Origin: Candidatus Cloacimonadales bacterium
Lineage (GTDB): Bacteria; Cloacimonadota; Cloacimonadia; Cloacimonadales; JAIOQZ01
Reading direction: 5' to 3'
Length of the DNA: 64,000 nucleotides
Assembly: GCA_963665815.1 (NCBI GenBank)
Contig: OY762463.1
Span: 2,592,001 to 2,656,000, forward strand
In this document: piece after piece, positions 10,337 to 20,575 of the stretch
How the letters are laid out: each line of letters begins with the position of its first letter
How positions within the stretch are numbered: position 1 is the stretch's first letter
Translations under genes and position numbers: made by a program
Notes under the pieces: model-generated
The model's database searches: none
What the model saw: the letters and a program-made list of their open reading frames with translations, nothing else
Told to the model about the DNA's origin: nothing

Positions 10337-10994
10337 TTTCTGCGATACTTCCGGAAGCTGCATCAATCATTTGATTCAGTTCATCACGGGAAAAGAGATT
10401 TTTTTCTGCAGTACCCTGAAGTTCTACAAATTTTCCGCTTTCCGTCATTACAATATTGAAATCAACATCAGCCTGTGAATCTTCTTCGTAACATAAATCT
10501 ACAACAGGTTTTCCGTTAACAATTCCAACACTGATAGCAGCAACAAACTCTTTCATGGGATTTTCTTCGATCATTCCCTTTTCTATCATTTTGTTAAAAG
10601 CATCATGTAAAGCTACACATGCTCCACAGATAGAAGCAGTTCTGGTTCCTCCGTCAGCCTGAATTACATCACAATCAACAACTACTGACATACCGGGCAT
10701 TTTCCTTCTGTCTACAACCGCACGTAAAGATCTGGCAATAAGCCTCTGTATCTCTGCTGTTCTACCGGATACTTTTCCTGCTGCTGATTCTCTTCTGTTT
10801 CTGGTGTTGGTTGCTCTTGGAAGCATTGCATATTCGGCAGTTACCCATCCTTCATCAGAATCTCTCAGGAAGTTCGGAACTGAATCCTGAACTGTTGCAT
10901 TGCAGATAACTTTAGTATTACCTGTTTCTATCATTACAGATCCTTCCGGATGCATAAGATAGTTTCTATGTATTTTCATTTCTCTTCTACTCAT
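10305..10994 (-). CDS. rph: Ribonuclease PH
   Basis: [42 protein letters not shown]. Confidence 0.97.
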   Translation of the reverse strand: MSRREMKIHRNYLMHPEGSVMIETGNTKVICNATVQDSVPNFLRDSDEGWVTAEYAMLPRATNTRNRRESAAGKVSGRTAEIQRLIARSLRAVVDRRKMPGMSVVVDCDVIQADGGTRTASICGACVALHDAFNKMIEKGMIEENPMKEFVAAISVGIVNGKPVVDLCYEEDSQADVDFNIVMTESGKFVELQGTAEKNLFSRDELNQMIDAASGSIAEIIEYQKSVVL

Positions 10995-11006
10995 AATAAT
11001 ACTCCG

Positions 11007-12098
11007 TTATAATGATATTTTGTTACCGGGAAGCCTTCTTATTACACCTTTCATATCGAGTTCAGTAATAATTGATAACAATCCCGAGATAGGTATTCTA
11101 CTGATCATATATATTTCATCTACAGTAATTTCTCTGTTTTCTTTTTCAATAAGTTTATAAACTGTGCTTTCATCTTCAGTTAACTCCGGAAATGCCTGTA
11201 ATTGCTGTGTACCGGATTCCAGAATTCCAAAGTCTTCCATTATATCTGATGCCGAAGTAACAAGTTTTGCTCCTGAATTCTGAATCAGGTAATTAGGGCC
11301 TTCCGCTTGAGGTCTGAACACATCTCCCGGAACAGCATAAACTTCTCTGTTCTGTTCCAGAGCGAATTTACCAGTAATAAGGGCACCGCTTTTTCTGTTT
11401 CCCTCAATTATTAACGTAGCTTTACTCAATCCGCTTATTATTCTGTTTCTCTTTGGAAAATTACCTCTTGTAACCGGATAGCCCGGAACAAATTCTGAAA
11501 TCAAAGCTCCATTATCAATAATTTTTTCAGCAAGATATCTGTTCTTAACGGGATGGATAGTTTCACAGCCGGTTCCCATTACTGCGTAAGTTCTGGATTT
11601 TGTTTCAACTGCTGCAGTATGAGCAATAGAATCAATTCCGTGTGCCAATCCACTCACAATGGTAAATCCGGATTCTGCCAGATCCTTGCTGATACTTTTT
11701 GCGGCTTTAACACCATAATTACTTGGTTTTCTTGTTCCGACAATACCTACGGAGTAACGAAAATCCTCATTCCTTATTTTTCCTCTGTAAAAAATGAATG
11801 GGGGAGGACAGTATATGTTCTTCAGTATTACGGGATAATCTTCATCCAGAATGCTTGAGAATTTAATATTGTATTTATCAATAAGTTCTTTTGTTTTAGA
11901 CCATTTATTAAAAACAGGTTTCTGAGAGAGTTGAACAATATGGTTATTGCTCAAGAAGTTACAGTCTTTAAAGTAACTCCTGTTTTTACCAAGAAAACTA
12001 CTCGGCTCACCAAGTTTTTCTACCAGATCCTGTATTGTAACCCCACCAAGCGATTTCAGTTCAGATAAATATATCCAATACTTAATTCGTTCTTTCAT
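11007..12098 (-). CDS. dprA: DNA-processing protein DprA
   Basis: IVGTR, IVSGLAHGID, FPKRNRIISGLS, SGALIT, C-terminal winged helix. Confidence 0.95.
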   Translation of the reverse strand: MKERIKYWIYLSELKSLGGVTIQDLVEKLGEPSSFLGKNRSYFKDCNFLSNNHIVQLSQKPVFNKWSKTKELIDKYNIKFSSILDEDYPVILKNIYCPPPFIFYRGKIRNEDFRYSVGIVGTRKPSNYGVKAAKSISKDLAESGFTIVSGLAHGIDSIAHTAAVETKSRTYAVMGTGCETIHPVKNRYLAEKIIDNGALISEFVPGYPVTRGNFPKRNRIISGLSKATLIIEGNRKSGALITGKFALEQNREVYAVPGDVFRPQAEGPNYLIQNSGAKLVTSASDIMEDFGILESGTQQLQAFPELTEDESTVYKLIEKENREITVDEIYMISRIPISGLLSIITELDMKGVIRRLPGNKISL

Positions 12099-13101
12099 AT
12101 GCCTCAACTAACTGATATAGTTTATTTTTCAGAATATCAATGTTTTTACCTGTTACGGATGATATAAAAAGAATGTTTTCCTTAAACTTTTCTTTAAACA
12201 TTTCAGTAAGAGTTTCCTCTTTTTCCATTAATGATTCTTCATCGAGAGTATCTGTTTTACTGAATGCAACATAATGTAGTTTTGAGTCCAGTGCTTCATC
12301 ATACTGATGCAGTTCGTTCTTCAGGGTTTCAAAATCATCAAGAGGTGTTTCTGAATTTACATCAATAAGGAAGAGCAGTATTCTGGTTCTCTGGATATGC
12401 TTAAGGAATTGTATTCCAAGTCCTTTTCCATCGTGTGCACCTTCGATAATTCCCGGAATATCAGCTACTACAAAGGATTTGTAGTTCTTCATATGAACAA
12501 CACCGAGAGATGGTTCCAGAGTTGTAAAAGCATAATCTGCAACTTTAGGTCTGGCAGCACTGATTGTACTGAGAAGAGTTGATTTTCCTGCGTTAGGAAA
12601 ACCAACAAGACCGATGTCCGCCATAAGTTTAAGAACCAGTTCTAGTTCAACTTGTTCAGTTTCCATACCAGGCTTGGAAAATCTTGGAGCTTGTCTGGTA
12701 GATGTTGCAAAACATGCGTTTCCTCTACCACCATTTCCACCTTCGCAAATTATGTATTCTTTATTCTGGTCGGTTACATCGCAGATCCTTGTACGTTGTC
12801 CACCGGATATTTTCCATACTTCAGTTCCCTGAGGTACTTCAATTATTGTAGGTTTACCGGTTCTTCCTGTTCTGTTACTTCCAGATCCGTTTTTACCGTT
12901 TTCAGCTTTGAAAAGCTTTGTGTATCTGAAGTTTATAAGAGTATTAATGTTTTCATTTCCAACAATAATAATATCACCGCCTTTTCCGCCACTTCCACCG
13001 TCAGGTCCACCTTTAGCAACAAACTTCTCTCTTCTGAAGCTGATACAACCTTTTCCACCGTTTCCTGCTTTCACAATAATTCTGGCAAAATCTAAAAACA
13101 T
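12082..13101 (-). CDS. obgE: GTPase Obg/CgtA
   Basis: FRREKFVAKGGPDGG, GFPNAGKST, DIPGIIEGA; ATG at 13101 with GGAG RBS. Confidence 0.97.
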   Translation of the reverse strand: MFLDFARIIVKAGNGGKGCISFRREKFVAKGGPDGGSGGKGGDIIIVGNENINTLINFRYTKLFKAENGKNGSGSNRTGRTGKPTIIEVPQGTEVWKISGGQRTRICDVTDQNKEYIICEGGNGGRGNACFATSTRQAPRFSKPGMETEQVELELVLKLMADIGLVGFPNAGKSTLLSTISAARPKVADYAFTTLEPSLGVVHMKNYKSFVVADIPGIIEGAHDGKGLGIQFLKHIQRTRILLFLIDVNSETPLDDFETLKNELHQYDEALDSKLHYVAFSKTDTLDEESLMEKEETLTEMFKEKFKENILFISSVTGKNIDILKNKLYQLVEAYERTN

Positions 13102-13291
13102 TTTTTCTCCTTGGGAATTATAATATTTACACACACATAAAATATATTATAATCAATGCTTTATCATAATAAATTTATTAAAATCAATATAATTTCAAAA
13201 AAAAAGGTATGATTTTTGGGTCAAGTTCTTTGTTTTAAAATAATTATTCAACTACCCAATTATGCAAAGGTCTTATGAATTGTGAGTGAAT

Positions 13292-13326
13292 AAAAAAAGC
13301 AGACTGCGGTACCTGGCAGTCTGCTT
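13292..13326 (-). terminator. Intrinsic terminator
   Basis: AAGCAGACTGC/GCAGTCTGCTT stem with T-tract on minus strand after the 13347 gene. Confidence 0.8.
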
Positions 13327-13346
13327 ATACATATATTTATGACGTT

Positions 13347-15911
13347 TTATTTCATTAATACCATTTTACTGATTTTTGTCTCTTTTGAAGTTTGAATTTT
13401 GTAGAAGTATATACCACTGGAAACAGTATCACCATCAGAGTTTTTACCATTCCAGACTACTTCATGATCACCTGAGAATTGTTTTTCTTTGACGATTGTA
13501 TTAACTTTCTGTCCTTTAAGATTATAAACAGCGATGCTAACATCAGATTCTTCAGAAAGTGAATATTGAATTACAGTTTCCGGATTAAACGGATTAGGGT
13601 AGTTACCTTTTAGGGTAAGTGCAGATTTAACTTCAGGAGCATCAGTTACCTGTGGAATTGGTCTTCCTCCTCCACCAGCACTTGAGTAATCGAAGAAGTA
13701 TACCGCTCCCCCGGAAGGATCGTCCGGAGCACCTACAATAATTGTTGAACCGTCGTAATCCATTGCTGTGCCGAAGTTGTCGGTACCAGAGCAATGTGAT
13801 GTGAAAGTATCGCAAATAGTTGAACCTGATTCTAAGTAAACATATACATAATCTTCACAACTTACAACAGCAAAATTGCCATCCTTTTCGATATTATAAA
13901 TTTGATAAGCCGGATTTATTGAATATACACTGAAGGGATAGTCAGGATTATTATTCAAGTGGAATCTTTCATCTGATCCACCTTGTTTATAATAAACAGC
14001 AGTTCCGACATAATCAATATTTGGAATATTTCCAAAGTAGAATCCATAATTACCTGTACACATTGGAAAAGCTGTAATCCTCTTATCTATCGATACCATC
14101 TTTCCATAATCATTGCAACCACAATTGTTAAAAAGAGAATAACTATTTCTATTGACTAACGAGTCGCCTCCTGAACTAAAGAAACTCACAGCACCTACGT
14201 CTATGTAATAACCTCCTATTTCCTGTATTGTTCTCTCAGGTGAGCCGGCAATAATAATTCCATGATCACTGATATCGATATCATAACCTAATTGTTGATA
14301 ACATTCATCCCCTGTCCATGTATATGGTCTGCTTTCATAACTGTATAATGTTTGATCTAATGGATAATAAGCAACTTTACCAACATCTATATCTGTTCCA
14401 TCATCGTACCGAGGAATTCCTACAGCAAGGTTTCCATTGATGTCTATCTCAAATGTAGTACCAATTTGTTCGTTTGCTTCTCCAAACAAAACATCCCTTA
14501 ACGACCACTCTTCTGAAGTACTATTATACTTAAACAAATAAATTGCTCCACATTGATAATGTGTTATAAATCCGTTATCATGTTGACTGTATAAAGGAGC
14601 TCCAACAGCCAGATAAACGCCATTCATGGACAGGTGTGCTCCAAATTTTGAATCAGAATTATATGGATCAGAATAATATGTAACAGGACCTGAATATTCC
14701 CAGATATCATTATCATTCTTCCTATATGTTACTACTCCATTTGGATGAGAGGCTGCTGCATTATCTCCGTAAACAGCTACTTGTTGTCCAATTTCTGAAG
14801 TGCTTGATGGCAAATAGTTTGAGTATACGTCATAAGTTTCTGGAACACTATCTCTTGATAATACAACAAACTCAAACTGTTCTAATTCAGTTCCATTTGT
14901 TTCAGGGTTAAGAGTTTTCACTCCATAGAAGTCACCGCAATCTTTGTAGCTAATCATGTGACGAGTGTCTAATGAAACTGAATTTTTAAAGACATACAGG
15001 TTATCTCCATCACTGAGAACAAAGTTACATACATCTTCATATGTACCATTAGTACCCATATCACTTGACATCAGGTAGCTTCTAAGATTGAGACCATCTA
15101 CATCTGTCTGATTCAGTGCTACTTGTATACCATTAACTACATCTCCATTACATTCTCCAATCCAATACATGAGATAATGAAAGAAAAGTTCATCAATTGT
15201 AGCATCATTATCTGACACATTATTGTTGAAGTCATGATAATAAAACCAGTCACACGCATCATTGAGAAAATCTTGTATAGCTGATCTACATGTGTTATCA
15301 AGGTTGCAATCAGCAATGAAGCTATATGTAATTGAAGTACTTAACAGACTATCTTCAAAAGTAAAAGGATGATTTCCTTCATAGCTTGTACCCTCGGAAA
15401 CATGACCAAGTATTGTCTTTACATCATTTTCAGCTGGTTGTTTCAATTTAAGAGGATCAAAATCACTGACATTGGTTGTCCAGTAATAGGCAGCATTCAT
15501 TTGCTCGCCATTGTCTGCATCAATGCTTAGTGTATCACTATCATAATATTTTTTGCTTCCTCTGCAAAAGAATCTCTGGCAGTCATATTCATTATAATAT
15601 TCATCAGGACCAATAAGGTTACTTCCATCAGCATAATAAATTACACCGTATCCATTATCATTATCCTTATACTGCAAAGCTGTTGGCCAGTCATATATAA
15701 GATAAGGAACCTGATATGAAGCATCATTTGACATTAATATTAAAAAGTCGTAATAATCGAAAGGATCGTTGAATTCTCCAGCAGCTTGTTCTTCTACTGA
15801 AAGAGTGTAATTATTTTTCGCCAGCATGGCAACCATATCACCATTTGCGAAAAGAATACCAGTTAACAAAATTGAAACTAATACGAGAAAGATAACTTTC
15901 TTAGTTGTCAT
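13347..15911 (-). CDS. Secreted multidomain protein: degenerate class II glutamine amidotransferase (Ntn)-like domain, FG-GAP-like propeller, FlgD-Ig/T9SS-type C-terminal domain
   Basis: Signal peptide; DNGYGVIYY, GHV, NHPFTF, NFVLSDG motifs; FG...LAVGAP...GAIYLF repeats; NYPNPFNPET...VWNGK...SSGIYFY; ATG 15911 with GGAGG. Confidence 0.78.
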   Translation of the reverse strand: MTTKKVIFLVLVSILLTGILFANGDMVAMLAKNNYTLSVEEQAAGEFNDPFDYYDFLILMSNDASYQVPYLIYDWPTALQYKDNDNGYGVIYYADGSNLIGPDEYYNEYDCQRFFCRGSKKYYDSDTLSIDADNGEQMNAAYYWTTNVSDFDPLKLKQPAENDVKTILGHVSEGTSYEGNHPFTFEDSLLSTSITYSFIADCNLDNTCRSAIQDFLNDACDWFYYHDFNNNVSDNDATIDELFFHYLMYWIGECNGDVVNGIQVALNQTDVDGLNLRSYLMSSDMGTNGTYEDVCNFVLSDGDNLYVFKNSVSLDTRHMISYKDCGDFYGVKTLNPETNGTELEQFEFVVLSRDSVPETYDVYSNYLPSSTSEIGQQVAVYGDNAAASHPNGVVTYRKNDNDIWEYSGPVTYYSDPYNSDSKFGAHLSMNGVYLAVGAPLYSQHDNGFITHYQCGAIYLFKYNSTSEEWSLRDVLFGEANEQIGTTFEIDINGNLAVGIPRYDDGTDIDVGKVAYYPLDQTLYSYESRPYTWTGDECYQQLGYDIDISDHGIIIAGSPERTIQEIGGYYIDVGAVSFFSSGGDSLVNRNSYSLFNNCGCNDYGKMVSIDKRITAFPMCTGNYGFYFGNIPNIDYVGTAVYYKQGGSDERFHLNNNPDYPFSVYSINPAYQIYNIEKDGNFAVVSCEDYVYVYLESGSTICDTFTSHCSGTDNFGTAMDYDGSTIIVGAPDDPSGGAVYFFDYSSAGGGGRPIPQVTDAPEVKSALTLKGNYPNPFNPETVIQYSLSEESDVSIAVYNLKGQKVNTIVKEKQFSGDHEVVWNGKNSDGDTVSSGIYFYKIQTSKETKISKMVLMK

Positions 15912-16068
15912 AAATTCCTCCAAATTTACATTTAATGCTGATTCCTCCAGGACGGTACCACTCCCTGAATAAAATCATAAAATCCCAAATAAACTTATGT
16001 GTACCATACATACATATAACAATATTGAACCGATAAAATAAATATTGTCAATAAAAAAATATCAGGTT

Positions 16069-16482
16069 GGTATCCCCCCGTTTTTTCTTGAAAATCTGAT
16101 TTCAAGAAAATTGGAAGGATTTTTAGCAGACATTTCTTAGAAAAATGCATTCTTCATTTTCTTTGGTGCCAAAGAAAACGAAACAAAAGAAAATGGAGAA
16201 GTTGATGAAATTGTAAATTTCATCGAAAAGCACTCTTTTTAAAATGTATTTCCAGTAAACTGGAACCATAAATTTTTCCTGAAATCCTTCCAAGGCTTCA
16301 GGATTTCTTAACGGTTAAATTTATTATACAGTAAAAAAGAGAAAATGCTATCATCAATGCAAAACAATCATACTTAATTAAAAGCTATTACATTGATTCA
16401 TATTTTCCACTGATTTACTGTTTCAAAACTTTTATTTATAATAAGTTATATATACATTGTATTTGGTTTTCGGGGGGATGCC
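16069..16482. mobile_element. MITE-like non-autonomous element, complete copy
   Basis: TIRs GGTATCCCCCCG / CGGGGGGATGCC; flanking direct repeat AAAAAATATCAGGTT (16054-16068, 16484-16498); second copy at 52947-53308; no ORF. Confidence 0.85.
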
Positions 16483-16513
16483 TAAAAAATATCAGGTTTA
16501 ATGTAATAAAAAT

Positions 16514-16554
16514 TTGACATGTTTAGAATTATTCTTAAATTGTAATCATAACAA
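16514..16554 (+). promoter_or_regulatory. Sigma70-type promoter overlapped by two Per/Fur-like 7-1-7 boxes
   Basis: TTGACA 16514-16519; TTAGAAT-T-ATTCTTA 16523-16537 and TTGTAAT-C-ATAACAA 16540-16554 resemble TTATAATNATTATAA; directly upstream of perR. Confidence 0.7.
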
Positions 16555-16571
16555 AAATGAAAGAGGTTGCT

Positions 16572-16982
16572 ATGGACTGGAAATTTGTTCTAAGAGAAAA
16601 GGGTATTTCACCCACGTTCCAGAGACTGCAGATTATTGCTTATCTTGAAGAGAACAGAGTTCATCCTTCAGTAGAGATGATCTATAACGAGTTGAAGAAT
16701 CTCATTCCTACTCTGTCAAGAACAACTGTATATAATACTATGAAGCTTTTTCAATCTTCTGCCCTGGTTAAACCTATATTATCAGAAAACAACGAGATAC
16801 ATTATGAGTTCAACATGGAACCTCACGCTCACTTTGAATGCACAGAATGCGGTAAAATCTATGATGTTTTTGAGGAATTCGAGTTTATTAAAGATAAGAT
16901 TGTTGATGGTCATAAAGTTACTGAACATCAGATTTCACTCAAGGGAATATGTTCTAAATGCTTAGAGGAGAAAAATGCCTGA
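16572..16982 (+). CDS. perR: Fur-family peroxide stress regulator (PerR-like)
   Basis: TFQRLQI, HPSVE, SRTTVYNT, HAHFECTECG, GICSKC; heads an oxidative-stress operon. Confidence 0.85.
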   Translation: MDWKFVLREKGISPTFQRLQIIAYLEENRVHPSVEMIYNELKNLIPTLSRTTVYNTMKLFQSSALVKPILSENNEIHYEFNMEPHAHFECTECGKIYDVFEEFEFIKDKIVDGHKVTEHQISLKGICSKCLEEKNA

Positions 16983-17784
16983 ATTACCTGAAGTTCAGAC
17001 AATTGTAACAGAGTTGAAATCCGGTGTACAAGGGAAGATTATCAAGGGTATTGAATCCTTCAGGGAAGGTACTGTTGAAATCTTCGGTGATGAACTGAGT
17101 AGTGATGAATCTATCACAGAAGTTTACAGACGAGGAAAGTATATTATTATCAAAACTCTTCGTAATACAATTGTGGTTCATCTCAGGATGACTGGTAAGC
17201 TGATTCTTGATAATCAGATTCCTGAAAACCTCAAGCATATCAGAGCTGTCATTTCTTTATACGATAACACATTCATTATCTTCGATGATGTCAGGACTTT
17301 TGGAACTATAAGGATTTATCCTGCAAGTATGTCTATTTCCAGTCTGGAAAATCTCGGTGTTGAACCTCTCTCAGAAAGCTTTAATGCAAGTTACCTGAAG
17401 GACAGAATAAAAAACAGTAAGTCTCCCATTAAAAATATCTTGCTTAATCAACAGATAATTGCTGGAATAGGAAATATATATGCGTGTGAAATCTTGTTCA
17501 GATCATTGATAAATCCTACAGCAAAACCTCATGAATTATGTAACGATGATATAGTAAAAATTGTTAAGAATACAAAAGAAGTTCTCAAAGAAGCTATCAA
17601 GTGTAACGGTACAACTATTTCCGATTATAGAAGAGTTGATGATAAACAGGGAAGTTTTCAGAATTTTCTACAAGTTTATGGAAAGGAAGTATGTCCGTTA
17701 AATCATAAAATATTAAAAATAAAACAAGCTGGCAGAACAACATATTATTGTCCTGTCTGTCAGAATCAGGAGATTATAAAATGA
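16975..17784 (+). CDS. mutM: Formamidopyrimidine-DNA glycosylase
   Basis: MPELPEV, RRGKY, HLRMTG, IAGIGNIYACE, GTTISDY, C-terminal zinc finger. Confidence 0.96.
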   Translation: MPELPEVQTIVTELKSGVQGKIIKGIESFREGTVEIFGDELSSDESITEVYRRGKYIIIKTLRNTIVVHLRMTGKLILDNQIPENLKHIRAVISLYDNTFIIFDDVRTFGTIRIYPASMSISSLENLGVEPLSESFNASYLKDRIKNSKSPIKNILLNQQIIAGIGNIYACEILFRSLINPTAKPHELCNDDIVKIVKNTKEVLKEAIKCNGTTISDYRRVDDKQGSFQNFLQVYGKEVCPLNHKILKIKQAGRTTYYCPVCQNQEIIK

Positions 17785-18947
17785 AACCCGTAGAAATGAA
17801 AAAAGGAATTTACTGGGTCGGAGCTATTGACTGGGATTTAAGAAATTTTCACGGATATCTCACTCAAAGAGGTTCAACTTACAATTCATATCTTATTATT
17901 GATGAAAAAGTAACTCTGATTGATAATGTTAAAAAAGCTTATTTTGATCAGCAACTTAAGAGAATATCAGCAATAATTGATCCTGCAAATATTGACATAA
18001 TCATTCAAAATCATGTTGAGATGGACCACTCCGGATCACTTCCTGAAATTGCAAAATACGCTGTAAATGCAAAGATTTACTGTTCACCTAAAGGTAAAAC
18101 AGGGCTTGAAAAGCATTACAAGAATTCAAACCTCAAACTCAATGAAGTCAACTCAGGTGAAACAATCAATATTGGTAAAAGAAACCTTTCTTTTGTATTG
18201 ACCCCAATGGTTCACTGGCCGGATAATATGATCACATATTGCCCGGAAGAAAAAATTCTTTTCTCAAACGATGCCTTTGGTCAGCATATTGCATCATCGG
18301 AAAGATTCACCCATGATTATCCAATTAATATCACAATGGAAGAGGCTAAAAAATACTATGCAAATATTGTGCTTCCATATGGACGTATGGTATTGAAAGT
18401 ACTTGAACAGGCTGCTGAACTTGATGTAGAAATGATTGCTCCAAGTCACGGACTTATCTGGACAGACCATATTGCTGAAATTATTAGTGAATACCAGAAG
18501 TGGGCTTCGAATAAAACGGATGAGGAAGCTTTGATAATTTATGATTCCATGTGGGGATCTACCAAGCAGATGGCTTGTAAAATTATGGAAGCTTTTGAAG
18601 ATAAAAATATCAATACCAAGCTTATAAATTTGCAGAACAATCACATATCAGATATTATGACTGAAGTTATTACAGCCAGATACATCTGTGTAGGGTCTCC
18701 AACCCTGAACAATAACATGCTTCCGACAGTAGCGGCTTTTCTGTGCTACATGAAAGGACTTGCTCCAAAAGGCAGAAAGGGTCTGGCATTCGGATCTTTC
18801 GGCTGGGGCGGTCAATCCATAGGTTTGATTAACAACGAACTTAAGGACGCTGGTTTTGATGTGATGGATATGCAGAGAATTAACTATATACCGGAAGAAT
18901 CTGCACTGGAAGATCTCAAAAAGATCATTTCAGAACAGATACAATAA
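17781..18947 (+). CDS. fprA: Flavodiiron protein (FprA, rubredoxin:O2/NO reductase)
   Basis: GSTYNSYL, NHVEMDHSG, HWPD, FSNDAFGQH, flavodoxin domain YDSMWGST, FGSFGWGG. Confidence 0.95.
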   Translation: MKPVEMKKGIYWVGAIDWDLRNFHGYLTQRGSTYNSYLIIDEKVTLIDNVKKAYFDQQLKRISAIIDPANIDIIIQNHVEMDHSGSLPEIAKYAVNAKIYCSPKGKTGLEKHYKNSNLKLNEVNSGETINIGKRNLSFVLTPMVHWPDNMITYCPEEKILFSNDAFGQHIASSERFTHDYPINITMEEAKKYYANIVLPYGRMVLKVLEQAAELDVEMIAPSHGLIWTDHIAEIISEYQKWASNKTDEEALIIYDSMWGSTKQMACKIMEAFEDKNINTKLINLQNNHISDIMTEVITARYICVGSPTLNNNMLPTVAAFLCYMKGLAPKGRKGLAFGSFGWGGQSIGLINNELKDAGFDVMDMQRINYIPEESALEDLKKIISEQIQ

Positions 18948-18961
18948 TACACGGAGGAATA

Positions 18962-19468
18962 ATGATACCAAAGAAAGTAGAAGAAGCTATTAACAAGCAG
19001 ATTAATCAAGAATTATTTTCTGAGTACTTTTATCTTTCAATGGCAGCTTATTTTGAATCTGAAGGCTTATCAGGACTTGCTAATTTCTTCAAGGTTCAGG
19101 GAGAAGAAGAAAGATTTCATGCAATGAAGTTCTTTAACTATCTTAATGAACGTGGGGGAAGAGTAGTTCTGGAAGCAATCAAGAAACCGGCTACAGAGTT
19201 TAAGTCAGCAATTGAAGTTTTCGAAATGGCATATAAGCACGAACAGCTGGTTACTTCACTGATAAATGACCTAATGGATTTAAGTATCAAAGAAAAAGAT
19301 TTTGCTACTATGAGCCTTCTTAACTGGTTTATTGACGAACAGGTTGAAGAAGAAGCAAGTATGGATAATATACTCAATCAGCTCAAACTGATAGACGGAA
19401 AAGGCAACGGTTTACTTATGCTGGATAGAGAACTGGGTGCCCGAACTTTCACACCACCAGCACAATAA
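18962..19468 (+). CDS. ftnA: Non-heme ferritin
   Basis: QINQELFSEYFYLSM, EERFHAMK, HEQLVT, WFIDEQVEEE. Confidence 0.93.
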   Translation: MIPKKVEEAINKQINQELFSEYFYLSMAAYFESEGLSGLANFFKVQGEEERFHAMKFFNYLNERGGRVVLEAIKKPATEFKSAIEVFEMAYKHEQLVTSLINDLMDLSIKEKDFATMSLLNWFIDEQVEEEASMDNILNQLKLIDGKGNGLLMLDRELGARTFTPPAQ

Positions 19469-19477
19469 GGAGAAATA

Positions 19478-19858
19478 ATGACACATTTAAGAGATATTTA
19501 TTACTGTCCAATTTGTAAAAATGTTGTAGAACTTGTACATGAAGGTGCTGAAGCACTTGTTTGCTGCGGTAAACCAATGGAAAAACTTGAAGAGCAGTCA
19601 AAAGATGCTGCTACAGAAAAACATGTGCCTTACGTAGAAGAAACAGAAAACGGTGTTATCGTAAAAGTTGGTCAAAACCAGATGCACCCGATGACAGAAA
19701 AACATTACATTAAATTCATCGAAATTCATACAAAAGACAAGGTTTGCAGAGTAGAACTTACTCCGGAAGATGAACCTGTTGCTGAATTCCCTGTAAAAAA
19801 ATCAGATATTATCAAAGTTCGTGAATATTGTAATGTTCACGGATTATGGAAATCATAA
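19478..19858 (+). CDS. dfx: Desulfoferrodoxin (2Fe superoxide reductase)
   Basis: CPIC...CCGKPM, EKHVP, HPMTEKHYI, CNVHGLW. Confidence 0.95.
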   Translation: MTHLRDIYYCPICKNVVELVHEGAEALVCCGKPMEKLEEQSKDAATEKHVPYVEETENGVIVKVGQNQMHPMTEKHYIKFIEIHTKDKVCRVELTPEDEPVAEFPVKKSDIIKVREYCNVHGLWKS

Positions 19859-19971
19859 CAATTTAGCTTCGGAGCCGGTGATAAACCGGTTCCGAATACA
19901 ATACTCAGCTGACGCATAGAATATTGATTAACTGTCAGCAAAAAAATCAAAAAAATTGAACCGGAGGAATA

Positions 19972-20508
19972 ATGAAAGATTTAAAAGGAACAAAAACAGA
20001 AAAAAATTTATGGGAAGCGTTTTCAGGCGAATCTCAAGCAAGAAATAAATACACTTACTTTGCAAAAGTAGCTAAAAAAGAAGGATATGAGCAGATTGCT
20101 GATTTATTCCTTAAAACAGCACAAAACGAAATGGAACATGCTAAACTTCATTTTAAAGCTCTTCAGGGAATAGGTAACACAATGGAAAACCTTCAAGCTG
20201 CAGCTGATGGTGAAAACTACGAATGGACAGAAATGTATCCTACAATGGCTAAAGAAGCCAGAGAAGAAGGGTTCAACGAAATTGCAGCAATGTTCGAAGG
20301 AATTGCAAAAGTTGAAAAACGCCACAACGAAAGATATATAAAGCTTCTTGAAAACCTTAAAAACGGAACTGTATTTGTAAAAGACGGTAAAATTTGCTGG
20401 GAATGCAGAAACTGTGGTCATATTCATGAAGGTCTTGAAGCACTTAAAATTTGTCCTGTTTGTAAACATCCTCAGTCATATTTTGAAGTTGAAGCAAAAA
20501 ACTATTAG
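19972..20508 (+). CDS. rbr: Rubrerythrin
   Basis: [30 protein letters not shown]...CPVC. Confidence 0.96.
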   Translation: MKDLKGTKTEKNLWEAFSGESQARNKYTYFAKVAKKEGYEQIADLFLKTAQNEMEHAKLHFKALQGIGNTMENLQAAADGENYEWTEMYPTMAKEAREEGFNEIAAMFEGIAKVEKRHNERYIKLLENLKNGTVFVKDGKICWECRNCGHIHEGLEALKICPVCKHPQSYFEVEAKNY

Positions 20509-20575
20509 TCTGATCGTTTGAAAAAGATTAACTTGTTTCTGAACTTTAACATAAACCATTAATAAGGAGAGAAGT

